This document shows positions 21,238 through 31,560 of a stretch of DNA of 64,000 bases, in pieces. Below the pieces are notes generated by a model, which saw nothing but the letters and a program-made list of their open reading frames with translations, made no database searches and was not told the DNA's origin. Location of the stretch: contig OZ242180.1 in assembly GCA_965205485.1 (NCBI GenBank), positions 4,608,001-4,672,000 of the forward strand. Direction: 5' to 3'. A program made the translations under genes and the position numbers. Each line of letters begins with the position of its first letter. The first letter of the stretch is position 1. This DNA is from Candidatus Latescibacterota bacterium. Its GTDB lineage: Bacteria; Latescibacterota; UBA2968; GCA-2709665.

Positions 21238-22152
21238 GTGAAAAATGTACGTATTACAATTGTGATCTTCGTTATCGCTTTCGCCGGTTGCGAATTGATC
21301 ATTGAACCGGATTTGCCCGATCACACGCCGAGACTGGTGATAAAGGCATTCTTCACCCCGGACCGGGGATGGGTGGCGTCCGTCAGTCGTTCAGCAGGTA
21401 TTCTGGAACCCTCACCCGGACCCGATCGACTGGTGACCGCCGCAAATGTGGAGCTGCTTTCAGAAGGCCGGATCATTGACCGCCTGCCCTTTCTCCAGCG
21501 AGAGCGGGTATATGCAAGCGAAAAATACCTGCAAGCGGGCCGGTCTTATTCCTTGCGGGTGTCAGCGCCGGGGTTCGAGACGGTTCATGCGAGCGACATT
21601 ATACCTGGAATGGTACCGACCTCCGTTGTATCGTATCACCTGGAGACCTCCGATTCTGACCATGGCGAACCCGGTGTGATTGAGATAACCGACTCTCTGA
21701 TCAAGCTCCGGATTCAGGATCCGCCGGGCGAGGAAAACTGGTATCAGATTCGCGTTATCGTTCCGGATAGATGGGGCAGATACGACAAGCATTTCTCTAC
21801 GAGTGACGCCTCCATCGTCGCCGACAACCGGATTGAAGATCCCGTTCTGGAAGGCGTCGAGCCATTTGTGGGTTCCGAGCCGTTCTTCAAGGATGTTCTC
21901 TTCGACGGTGAATCCCACGAAATAGAGCTATCGTTAACACACTTCGAGATCGAAGCAAGCCGCGAACGGAAAATCTGGCTCCAGATCCGCCACATAAGCG
22001 AGGTATACTACAAGCATCTCAGAAGCGCTCTTCTCCAGAAGAGCACTGACGACAACCCCTTTGCCGAACCGGTGAGAATCTACAGTAATATAGAGAACGG
22101 GTACGGCATATTCGCAGGGTACAGCGCGCGCACCTATGAACTCACATTCTGA
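21238..22152 (+). CDS. Lipoprotein, DUF4249-like partner of the TonB-dependent receptor
   Basis: GTG start, signal peptide with lipobox FAGC, and C-terminal NPFAEPVRIYSNIENGYGIFAG. Confidence 0.82.
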   Translation: MKNVRITIVIFVIAFAGCELIIEPDLPDHTPRLVIKAFFTPDRGWVASVSRSAGILEPSPGPDRLVTAANVELLSEGRIIDRLPFLQRERVYASEKYLQAGRSYSLRVSAPGFETVHASDIIPGMVPTSVVSYHLETSDSDHGEPGVIEITDSLIKLRIQDPPGEENWYQIRVIVPDRWGRYDKHFSTSDASIVADNRIEDPVLEGVEPFVGSEPFFKDVLFDGESHEIELSLTHFEIEASRERKIWLQIRHISEVYYKHLRSALLQKSTDDNPFAEPVRIYSNIENGYGIFAGYSARTYELTF

Positions 22153-22276
22153 GGCGAACCTCGCAAAGCCGCCGTTCGGACAACCGGTTGGGGAACGGAA
22201 CTTGCGGCCCCGCCTGGAACCTCCGCTCCGCGGGTCAAATGGGACAATCAGACAGATCAAGGCTCAGGATACATCC

Positions 22277-23572
22277 ATGTGGCAACAGGATCACAAGAAC
22301 ACGCGCACTTCGAAGCATGCGGTACCGCGTCGATTCATTGCCGCCTTCCGGTATGGACCAGGAACGATCTTTACTGGATCGATAGTCAGAATTCTCCGGC
22401 TTGTTGTCTGCACGCTGCTGATCGCCTCGTTTACCGATCCCTCGCGCGCTGAATCGGGCGACGATGTCCATCCCGTCTCCGCGCAGATCGGGTACATCGG
22501 AGACCTGCTTCACAACGCCTCCGGCGGGATCAGAAACGGATCCGCCTATCTGCAGAACGTCGATGCTGTTTTCACATTCGACCTCGGGCGGATCATTGGA
22601 AGTGGGGGAGGGTCGTTGTTCGCCTATCTGCTCTGGAACAACGCGTCGACGTTTTCGGGTCGGTACCCCGGCGACGCGCAGGGCGTGTCCAACATCGATG
22701 CGGAACGGGCCCTGCGCCTCTATGAACTCTGGTACGAACATCGTCCTGCCGACGCGCTGAGTCTGAAAATCGGTCTCTACGATCTCAACAGCGAGTTCGA
22801 CGCAGTCGATGCGTCGGCGTTATTCCTGAACAGTTCTCACGGAATCATACCCACGTATTCCCAGACCGGAGAGAACGGTCCGTCGATCTTCCCGGTGACG
22901 TCACTGTCGGCGCGCCTGCAATGGGAGATTGCCAAAAACAACGTGCTTCGTTACGCGCTCCTCGACGCGGTGCCTGGCGATCCTGAGAATCCTGCAGCCA
23001 CCGCAGTGAAGTTGAGCAGCCGCGAGGGCGTTTTACATGCCCTGGAGTACAACCGTAACTTTTCCGATGCCCTCCGCGTGGGTCTCGGCGCGTTTTCGTA
23101 TAGCGCGGAATTCGATGCGATTCGTGAGTCCGACGCCGTTGGGAATGCCTTGAAGCGCAGCGGCAATAACGGTTGGTACGGATTCGCCGAAGGCACGGCC
23201 AACTTCGGGGCCGCCAACCGGCGGACTGTATCGGCTTTCATTCGCTACGGCACCGCCAACGGCGCGTTAAATCCCTTCGATCGCTACATCGGTGCTGGGA
23301 TGATGTTGTCCGGCTTCGTCCCCCGAAGGCCAGACGACCAAATTGGGGTATCCGTGGCGACGGCGCGGTGCGGTGCGGACTTTCGAGCCGCCAACAACAC
23401 GCGAAGCCACGAGACCGCCTTCGAATTCACGTATGTCCTGCCGATCACGGACAGGTTGCAGATCCAGCCGGACCTGCAATACATCCTCAATCCCGGCGCC
23501 GATCGGACCCTTGAGAACGCCCTGGTGATTGGCGTCCGCATGGAGCTGAACCACGGATTTCATCACCGATAG
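22277..23572 (+). CDS. Carbohydrate-selective porin (OprB family)
   Basis: Motifs GDAQGVSNIDA, LYELWYE, DLNSEFD, RPDDQIG and QPDLQYILNPG. Start is uncertain. Confidence 0.87.
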   Translation: MWQQDHKNTRTSKHAVPRRFIAAFRYGPGTIFTGSIVRILRLVVCTLLIASFTDPSRAESGDDVHPVSAQIGYIGDLLHNASGGIRNGSAYLQNVDAVFTFDLGRIIGSGGGSLFAYLLWNNASTFSGRYPGDAQGVSNIDAERALRLYELWYEHRPADALSLKIGLYDLNSEFDAVDASALFLNSSHGIIPTYSQTGENGPSIFPVTSLSARLQWEIAKNNVLRYALLDAVPGDPENPAATAVKLSSREGVLHALEYNRNFSDALRVGLGAFSYSAEFDAIRESDAVGNALKRSGNNGWYGFAEGTANFGAANRRTVSAFIRYGTANGALNPFDRYIGAGMMLSGFVPRRPDDQIGVSVATARCGADFRAANNTRSHETAFEFTYVLPITDRLQIQPDLQYILNPGADRTLENALVIGVRMELNHGFHHR

Positions 23573-23743
23573 CGTCCGTGTGCGCCTGTCGTTCATTCCG
23601 CGTCCAACCCATCCTCGGATCACGACTACGTATCATCTTTAGAGAGTTCATTCCTGGAACGGGTCGGCGAGAATGGAAATACGGAACACGCTGTACAGTT
23701 AGCTCCCGTCGAGACGGTATCCCGATTTGATGTGAAAGCGGAC

Positions 23744-23771
23744 TTGACGTGAGTCCGGTTGTATGTATATT
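23744..23771 (+). promoter_or_regulatory. Putative promoter of the brnT-brnA module
   Basis: TTGACG-N16-TATATT in an AT-rich tract. Confidence 0.5.
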
Positions 23772-23807
23772 TATGTGTATAAAATTATGTTAATTTTGTG
23801 AGTTCGA

Positions 23808-24095
23808 ATGAGGTCGAACGTCGTCTTTGAATGGGATGACAAGAAGGACCGTCTCAACCGGCGCAAACACGGCGTCTCTTTCGCCAGTGCCCATCAGGCG
23901 TTCATGGACCCGAGTCGTGTAATTGCGGTCGATCGAAAACATAGCACATCCGAAGAAACGCGGTATTTCTGTTTTGGACTGGTTGAAGATAGAGTATTGA
24001 CAGTCCGTTTTACGTTCCGAAAAGGCAACATTCGCATATTTGGCGCCGGATATTGGCGCGAAGGACGGAGACGTTATGAGCAAACCGAAATATGA
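23808..24095 (+). CDS. brnT: BrnT family ribonuclease toxin
   Basis: FEWDxxKxxxNxxKHGVSF, EETRY and IRIFGA. Confidence 0.92.
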   Translation: MRSNVVFEWDDKKDRLNRRKHGVSFASAHQAFMDPSRVIAVDRKHSTSEETRYFCFGLVEDRVLTVRFTFRKGNIRIFGAGYWREGRRRYEQTEI

Positions 24096-24333
24096 AAATG
24101 CACCGGCAGAACTTGCGGAGGCAATTGAACAGGCCGAAGTGATTCAGGACTTTCTGCCGCCACCGGACCGGCTTGTCCTCAGGGAGGAAACCGTACGGGT
24201 GACCCTTAATCTCAATAAGAGGAGCGTGGATTTCTTCAAGTCAAGCGCGCGGCAGAACGGCGTACCCTATCAGAGCATGATTCGGAAAGTGCTGGACATT
24301 TACGCTGAGCGATATCTGGCAGCGCAGTCGTAA
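24076..24333 (+). CDS. BrnA/CopG-like antitoxin
   Basis: DFLPPP...VTLNL...VDFFK...GVPYQSMIR; overlaps the 3' end of brnT. Confidence 0.87.
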   Translation: MSKPKYENAPAELAEAIEQAEVIQDFLPPPDRLVLREETVRVTLNLNKRSVDFFKSSARQNGVPYQSMIRKVLDIYAERYLAAQS

Positions 24334-24445
24334 GGTCAGGTTGTGGATCGATGGCGTGCAGCACAGAAGCGACGAAATGGATGGAAGTGAATACCTGAGC
24401 CCGTTTGACGGACCAGGCGATCAGCAAGGCCAGATCGAACAGACG

Positions 24446-24487
24446 AAAAAGAGGGAGATGAAGGCGGATGCCTTCATCTCCCTCTTT
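24446..24487. terminator. Perfect 18-bp hairpin, bidirectional terminator-like
   Basis: AAAGAGGGAGATGAAGGC-GGAT-GCCTTCATCTCCCTCTTT, with a T-run on both strands. Confidence 0.8.
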
Positions 24488-24503
24488 GATTTCCCACGCA
24501 AAT

Positions 24504-24532
24504 AATATAACAAAAATCGATCCGAAAGTCAA
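24504..24532 (-). promoter_or_regulatory. Minus-strand sigma70 promoter with extended -10
   Basis: TTGACT-N17-TATATT with TG upstream of the -10. Confidence 0.6.
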
Positions 24533-24665
24533 GAATATAAATTATTTATAAATATTCACTTAAGTGTGGTTTTTCCATTGAATACGCGCGATGTGTGAAC
24601 TATCTTCGTCGGACTTACCGCCGGATGGATTTGCTCGATAGTCGAACGCCCGTCGGGAGCCTCTG

Positions 24666-26591
24666 ATGTTGCCAGGATCTGACCTCGAATACTGGAACCG
24701 CCGCGCGAGCCCCGGCGCGATTTTCGCCAACCTGCGCTGGACCTGGAGTCACATCCGTGCACACGCAGGGCCGGCCGCAATCTGGTTGATTCTCATACAC
24801 ATTCTCCTCGGTATACAGCCGGCCCTGCTCATCCACGTCACCAGGCACCTCGTCGACGCCGTGGTCGATGCGGCAGGCGGCGGCCCGTCCGACTTTGACG
24901 ATATCCTGCCCTGGCTGATTGCCTTCGGCCTGGTCCTGCTGCTCACCAGAGAAGTGCTCTGGAACGTGCGGGATATCCTTCATCTCCGGATGGAGCAGAA
25001 CCTAGCACACGTCCTGGGCAGACGGTTGCTCGAACGTTCGTCCCGGCTGTCTCTTTTATTTTTCGACGTCAGTGGGACCTACGACCGCCTCGAGCGCGCG
25101 CGGGACCCGGGCCGCAAACTCGACCGGCTGTTCTTCGCCGCCCTGCATTTTTTCCAGGCCGCGATCAAGGCCGTTTCGGTGGCCGCCATGTTCTTCACGG
25201 TTTCTCCGTGGATCTCTCTGGCCACTGGTGGCGGTGCTGGCGCCGCAGATCCGCCTGGCGATCCGAAGCAGAGCCGGATGTTCATGGCCTTCACCTACGG
25301 CGAGACGCCGGAGGAGCGCCGGGCCGGGTACGTGGACCGCATCCTGACCGGAAGGACAGAGCAGAAGGAAATGCGACTCTTCGGCCTGCACCCGCCATTG
25401 ACCGGGCGCTGGCGGAGGATGCGGCAGGTGTTGCGTGAACGATTGCTGGGGCAGCGACAGACGACAGGTCGCGAAGGAGTTGCCCGCAACCGGGTTACGA
25501 ATTGCTGTGGCGGCCACCGTGGCCGTCGTCCTCGCGTACCTTCTTGGAGACCGGGTAATCACGCCGGGACAATTCGTGGCGCTGTTCCAGGGTGTGGGCA
25601 GACATGCTGGGCGCGGGCGCCAGTCTCGGCTACAACTCACGGGAGTTGCAGGAGCGCTCCACGCAGGTCGGTTACGTGCGCGAATTCTTCGATCAATGGG
25701 ATCGGAATCCGGCTGAAACGGAGGCGCACGACTGGCAGCCAGTTATTCGCGGGGAGCTTCCTTTCCTCGCCCCCTGCGAGAAGGGCATTTTTGTGGAAGA
25801 CGTACACTTCGCCTACCCCGCGACCGATTCACGGGAGGCGCCCCCCCCAGTCCTGCAAGGCGTCTCACTTCACCTGGCGCCGGGCGAACGGGTAGCCCTC
25901 GTGGGCGACAACGGCGCCGGAAAGTCCACCCTGGCCAAGATCCTCCTCGGACTCTATCCACCCACCGCCGGGCGCGTGACCGCAGATGGCCTCGACTATG
26001 CCGATATTGAACCGGACAGCCTGGTAGGCGCCGTCAGCGCGGCGTTCCAGGACTACTGCCGGTTCGAACTCACGCTCGGGCAATCCATCGGCATCGGTAC
26101 ACTGGGCAGTTCGGCAGGCGGACCGGCCGAAGAACTGTGGTCCTCATGGCTGCATCCTGACATGAAGGTGGTCGCGGAGGCTGCGCGCCGCGCCGGCGCC
26201 GACGAGACTCGCGAAACGGCTTCCCAGGTGGTTACGACACCCCGGTTGGACACGTCCTCGACGGCGGGCAGGGTCTCTCCGGCGGCGAGTGGCAGCGAAT
26301 CGCCATCGCGCGCGCCTTCACCCGCGATCCGGAACTGCTCATCCTCGACGAGCCCGCCGCAGCCCTCGATGCAATGGCGGAGGCAGCGAACTCTACCGGC
26401 AGTTCGCCGAACTCCTCGACGGACGGACCGCCCTGCTGATCAGCCACAGGCTCGGTTCAGCACGCATGGCCGAACGCATCCTCGTGCTCCGGCAGGGCCG
26501 TATCGTCGAGGAGGGCTGTCACGACGACCTCCTGGCCAAAGGGGGCGTCTACGCCGCCATGTGGGAGGAACAGGCATCGTGGTACCGGTAG
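24666..26591 (+). pseudogene. ABC exporter (fused permease + ATPase), multiply frameshifted; may be an assembly artefact
   Basis: TM domain, Walker [23 protein letters not shown] and ISHRLG are spread over several frames, with apparent indels near 25222, 25263, 25267, 25461, 25597, 26207, 26224 and 26386. Confidence 0.8.
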
Positions 26592-28401
26592 AAACCGATC
26601 CTGATTCGAAGCAGCGTCCGCGCGGTCTCCGGACGCTCGTCAGGTTCCTGGGCTGGATGATCCGCATCGATCCGCAGCGGGTCCTATCACCGCGCTTGTT
26701 CTGGAGTTCACGTGGGCGTGCTGCCTGCCGCGACGGTCTGGGTGGTGCGCGAACTCGTCGATCGCGGCGTCGGCGTTTACGAAGGAGAACAGCCGGTCGA
26801 TTTCATGCTACCCTGGCTCGCCCTGTGGGCGGCCTTCAGCCTCGCGGAAAACGGTATTCTGGCCTGGAGCCGGCTGATCCTGCTCGAGCGGGTGAAGCAG
26901 GAACTGGAGGACCGGCTACTCGAGCAACTCCAGGTCAAGTCCCGTTCGCTTCGCCTGGATGCCTTCGAGAGGGCCGACTTCCACGACCTCCTGCGACGCG
27001 CCCAGGAAGCCGCCACACCCGGTTTTTTCCTGAACCTGTTCGGCGAGATCAGATCCATATTTGCCGGCGCAGTGACGGCGATCTCGGTTGCTGTCGTTGT
27101 TGGATTCTGGAACCCGCTACTCCTCCTTGCCGTCGTGCTGGTCTCGCTGCCGCCGCCCCTGATGAGTATCGTTCACGACCGGGGCAGGTTTTACACCTTT
27201 CGAAGAGCGACGCAGGCACAGCGACTGCTGGGATATCTGGATACTACGCTGACGGAACGGGACGCCGCCAAAGAAGTGAGGGTGTTCGGCCTTGGACCCG
27301 CCCTGATCCGTTGGTGGGAGTTCCTCTACTGGCGAGTCGCCGATGCTCTTTACCGACAGCTGCGAAGGAACTGGGTGCTCCGAGGGTCGCTTTCGGTCCT
27401 CAGCCTCGCGACGCTGACCGCCGGCGTCGGCTGGTCGGCGTGGGCGGTCCTCGAGGGCGGCCTTTCAGCGGGACAGTTCGCGGCGATGATGGTCGCTCTG
27501 CGGCAAGTTCGCGATAGCGTCGACCGGATCATCGCCCGGATCGGTTACCTCGGCATCCGGCTGCTGAACATCGCCGACTTGTTCATCTACCTGGACCTGG
27601 GCCCTGAGGAACCTCCTGGCGAAGCGGCGATTTCGTCTCTAAAGTCAAGAGCGATTACAACCAGAGACCTCTCCTTCCGCTATCCTCAGGCAGAACAACA
27701 CGCGCTTACGGAAATCACCTTAACCTTAAGACCCGGCGAAAGAGTCGCCCTGGTCGGTGCAAACGGCTCCGGCAAAGACGACTCTGGTCAAGCTGTTGCT
27801 GGGCCTGTTCCGTCCAACCGGGGGCGAACTGAACTACGGCGACCTCCCGGCGAACCAGGCGAGCCGGGACCAGTTGTGGAACCAGTCCACGGCCGTCTTT
27901 CAAGACTACACCCGCTTCGCTTTCACCCTCGGTGAGAACATCGGTTTCGGACGCTGGGAGCGGATGGGGGATCCCGGAGAAATCGAACGCGCGGCGCGGC
28001 GCGGCGGGGCCGACACCGTCGCCGGCCGGCTCGCGAAGGGATATGAGACCCCACTTGGCAGAGAGTTCGAAGGCGCGACGGAACTGTCAGGCGGGGAATG
28101 GCAGCGGGTCGCAATCTCAAGGGGATTCATGCGGGACGCCGACCTCGTCGTCCTCGACGAGCCGACCGCCTCCCTGGACCCGAAGGCCGAGGCCGACGTA
28201 TTCAGGCGCTTTCTCGCCATGGCCGGCGGCCGCACCACGATTGTGGTCTCACATCGGCTGGGCTCGGCCCGGATGTGCGACCGGATTCTCGTACTCAAGG
28301 ATGGGCGGCTCGTGGAAGAAGGGTCCCACGACGAACTGGTCGCCGTTAATGGAGAGTACGCCCGGATGTGGGCGCTGCAGGCGGGATGGTATGAAGCGTA
28401 G
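26579..28401 (+). pseudogene. Second ABC exporter (fused permease + ATPase), frameshifted; may be an assembly artefact
   Basis: GTG start after GGAGG. Walker A GANGSGK|TT is broken by an extra A near 27775, with further shifts near 26685-26715. [14 protein letters not shown] and VSHRLG are present. Confidence 0.8.
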
Positions 28402-28419
28402 AAGACTGAATCCAACGAC

Positions 28420-31400
28420 TCACGTGATCCGGACTACCTCCGGTTTCGCAACTCCCGATTCGGATGCCGCGTTCCGGAACAGGTCGACGACTGTCGGATG
28501 GCAGGTAAAGACCAGTACCTGGTTGGTTTTGGACAGCTCCGTGAAGGCGGCAGCGGCGCGAAGCGCGCGGTACGGATCAAAGTTCACCAGGACCTCGTCC
28601 ACGACGACAGGAAGTGGCTCCGTTCGCTCCCCCAGTTCTCGGATCAATCCGAACCGGAGCGAAAGAAACAGCTGCTCCCGTGTGCCCCGGCTGAGTTCCG
28701 ACGGCTGCTTCGTCCGCCCGTCGGCGTCCGTCACCGTGATCGTCTGTTCACCGAGCGGCGCATAGACCTGGCGGTACCGTCCATCGGTGATCGAGGTGAA
28801 AAATCTCTCAGCATGCCGAATTACTCCGGGCTGCCGCTCACGCTCGAACTTTCGACGGGATTCTTCCAGCAAGTTCCGGGCGATCGTAAGGCGGGTCCAG
28901 TCGCGCGCGTGGCCCTGGAACTGTTCCAGCAGGACGTTCTTTTCCATCCTTAACCGTGAGGACTCTTCCTCTCCGACCAGCCCCGCCAGTTCGGTCTGAA
29001 TGGAACCTCGTTGGGTCGACAACGCCTCACGCTGGGCGTTGGCAGTCGTCCGTTCTTCTTCCAGCCTTGCCATCTCGTCGGCGATTGCCTGAGGGTTCGT
29101 GCTGCCAAGGTCCGATTTCAGCATTTCCAGCGGTTCGCCCGGTCCGCTGAGGCGTTGAAGCCGATGAAGTGCATCGCGGGCCTTGTCGTTGAGTTCCGTT
29201 CGCCTATCGGCAAAACCTGCGCGCACGCGGAACGCTTCAGCGTCCTCTGCGCCGCCGGATTGCAGCAGCTGACCCAGCTCATCTTCCGCGTTCTTCAGGT
29301 CGCTGCACCGCTCGCCCAGGTGGCGCCGGGCATTCTCCAGATTGAGTTTCGCGTCGGTCTGATGTCTTACGTCCTCCCGGACCTCCTCCATCAACTCGAC
29401 CAACCTGTCGGCGGCGGCGGCAACCGTGCGAAAATCAGTGCGGTCGAACGTGACGTCGAATGCAGTGGCAAGCGGTTCAACCGCCTCAACGTATTCGTCG
29501 ATGTCCTTCCGAATCGCCCTGATGCGCTGCTGCCAGCTTCGCACGTCAGCCAGCCGGCTTCGACCGAGTTCGACCTGGCTCTGAAGCACATCGGCCGTCT
29601 CGGGCGTGAAGGCTTCGGACAGACCACGCGCCATCAGCCATTCCTGCCATCCACGCTGCGCCACTTCGAGGCGACCTTCAGCATCCTCGACGTCAGCGGC
29701 GGATTTGTCAGTGCGGATCTGCCGCTGTTTTGCGATTTCCTTTGCAGCCTCGAGAGTCTCGGAGAGATGAGTTCGTTCCTGTAACAGGTCTTCCTCTTCG
29801 TCGATCGACTGTTCGGCCGCCAGGAGCGACGCTTCATCGATCACTTCGAGGTGAAGGGGCGCTGCATCCTCCAGCATCTTTGACTGGAGATCCTCTATGT
29901 TCAATTCGGCGCGGCGCAGTGACTCGCGAACAGGTCGGGCAAGCGGTGATTCGCCTGCGCCCGGATGGCGGATCCCGGCAGACATGAACAGATACACGCC
30001 CACAACTGCGAGCGCGATGCCGCCAACGACGCCTATGGTTAATGGCGTTCCACCGAGCAGCCCACCGGCGATCAGGAGTCCAATCCCAATGACAACGCTG
30101 ATTGCTGCGACAACGGTGCTCCTCGAACCACCGGTATGAGACGCGCTGCCTCTGAGGGACTCGAGCTGGCTCTCGAGATTCAGCACGTTCTGTCGCTGGC
30201 GGTTGAGATCATCGAGTTTCGAACTAGTGGCGCGCACCAGGTTGCGGCGCTGCCGTATCTGGTCGGCATTCAGGCCTGGTATCCTGGCGTCCTCGAATGC
30301 TCGATTGGCCTTGTTCTCAGCGTCATTTGCTTCTTCAAGGGATGCCTTGTCCTGACGAAGAGCTGACCTGCAGTCCGATTGCTCCTCGGATGCGCGACGC
30401 AATCGGTCGCCGTGTTCAGATATCTCCTGGCGAACGGCAATGGAAAGATCGAACTGTTCCAGCCTGGCTTCATCCCAATCAGGTCCCAGGTCCTTCAAGG
30501 CTTCAACCAGATCTCTGCTGTGGCTTTCGAACTCGGCTTTGCGTTTCGGCAAGTCTTTAACCGAGCCGTCGAATGCGCCTCTTCCGTTCTGCAGAAAGCG
30601 GACTTCGGACGAGTGCTCCAAAATGGCCTCGTGCTCGACCCGAATGTCTGCTGCCCGTGCGGCTTCAGTGGCTCGTTGACCGGCGGACTCGTACTCCCGT
30701 CGCGCGGCATTGACGCGCTCCTGTAATGCTTCCAGGCGATTCACACCATCCGCGGGAAATGGGTCGACAACCGGAATGCCAGCCAACTCTTCCTCGGCGG
30801 AATTCAACTCATTCCAGGCGTCCCAGCCCTTCTGTAGTGTATTTTGACCGTTATACCGAGATTGAGTCTCCAACTGTTGGGCAGCCAGGTCTCCCAGCTC
30901 GATCTCGACCCTCTGAAGCCGGTCGGTCAGTTCACCGAACCTTGCCGCGTTGTTGGAGACTTCCCTCAGCTTGTTGTCTACGTCCTCGATTTTGTTGTAG
31001 ATCTCGTAGATCTTCTGGGTGCTCCCGCCCTTGAGAAAGATCCCGATGCGGGACGACTCAATGGACTTCACGGCGTTCGGAAGTGACGTTACGCCCATGC
31101 CCGCGCTGTAGATCTGACCATTGACGTTCGCGTCGTTCAGAAGGTCGTCGCTGTAGAGGTCGTCGAGGGTGAACGCGAATATCCTCTCGAATACTTCCCT
31201 CGAGTGGTGTCCCAACAACAACGCGAGTTCAGATTCGGGCAGTGTGTCTCCTGTTGCCGAAGTCAGGAGAACGTCTCCGCTGTAACTCCTTCCGGTCGTT
31301 CTGCGCACGTCGTACATACGACCGCCCGCACCTTCTATGGTCAGGTAGCCTCCGTAACTCCCACCGGCCAATGCAGGATAAGCGTTGACCCTTCCGCTCT

Positions 31401-31560
31401 TGCGTGGAAATCCGAAGAGTATCCGTCGGACAAACTCCAGCAGTGTGCTCTTGCCCGCCTCGTTCGGCCCGAAGAAGACAGTCACGGGTCGTTCCAGCGC
31501 CCCGAATTGCCTGTCGGCGAACTGCCCGAAGCCATCAATGCGTAGTTTGCGGATTCTCAT
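28420..31560 (-). CDS. yhaN: YhaN/SbcE-like SMC-type ATPase with central TM hairpin
   Basis: Walker A GPNEAGKST, long coiled coils, signature LSRGTREQL, Walker B VVVDEVLVNFD and FTCH. Confidence 0.88.
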   Translation of the reverse strand: MRIRKLRIDGFGQFADRQFGALERPVTVFFGPNEAGKSTLLEFVRRILFGFPRKSGRVNAYPALAGGSYGGYLTIEGAGGRMYDVRRTTGRSYSGDVLLTSATGDTLPESELALLLGHHSREVFERIFAFTLDDLYSDDLLNDANVNGQIYSAGMGVTSLPNAVKSIESSRIGIFLKGGSTQKIYEIYNKIEDVDNKLREVSNNAARFGELTDRLQRVEIELGDLAAQQLETQSRYNGQNTLQKGWDAWNELNSAEEELAGIPVVDPFPADGVNRLEALQERVNAARREYESAGQRATEAARAADIRVEHEAILEHSSEVRFLQNGRGAFDGSVKDLPKRKAEFESHSRDLVEALKDLGPDWDEARLEQFDLSIAVRQEISEHGDRLRRASEEQSDCRSALRQDKASLEEANDAENKANRAFEDARIPGLNADQIRQRRNLVRATSSKLDDLNRQRQNVLNLESQLESLRGSASHTGGSRSTVVAAISVVIGIGLLIAGGLLGGTPLTIGVVGGIALAVVGVYLFMSAGIRHPGAGESPLARPVRESLRRAELNIEDLQSKMLEDAAPLHLEVIDEASLLAAEQSIDEEEDLLQERTHLSETLEAAKEIAKQRQIRTDKSAADVEDAEGRLEVAQRGWQEWLMARGLSEAFTPETADVLQSQVELGRSRLADVRSWQQRIRAIRKDIDEYVEAVEPLATAFDVTFDRTDFRTVAAAADRLVELMEEVREDVRHQTDAKLNLENARRHLGERCSDLKNAEDELGQLLQSGGAEDAEAFRVRAGFADRRTELNDKARDALHRLQRLSGPGEPLEMLKSDLGSTNPQAIADEMARLEEERTTANAQREALSTQRGSIQTELAGLVGEEESSRLRMEKNVLLEQFQGHARDWTRLTIARNLLEESRRKFERERQPGVIRHAERFFTSITDGRYRQVYAPLGEQTITVTDADGRTKQPSELSRGTREQLFLSLRFGLIRELGERTEPLPVVVDEVLVNFDPYRALRAAAAFTELSKTNQVLVFTCHPTVVDLFRNAASESGVAKPEVVRIT

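Noticed and set aside
25592..27517. 641-aa ORF read as one protein, or programmed frameshifting in the ABC genes
   Set aside because: The ORF is a patchwork of in-frame and out-of-frame pieces of two genes. The shifts are too many and lack slippery-site structure.
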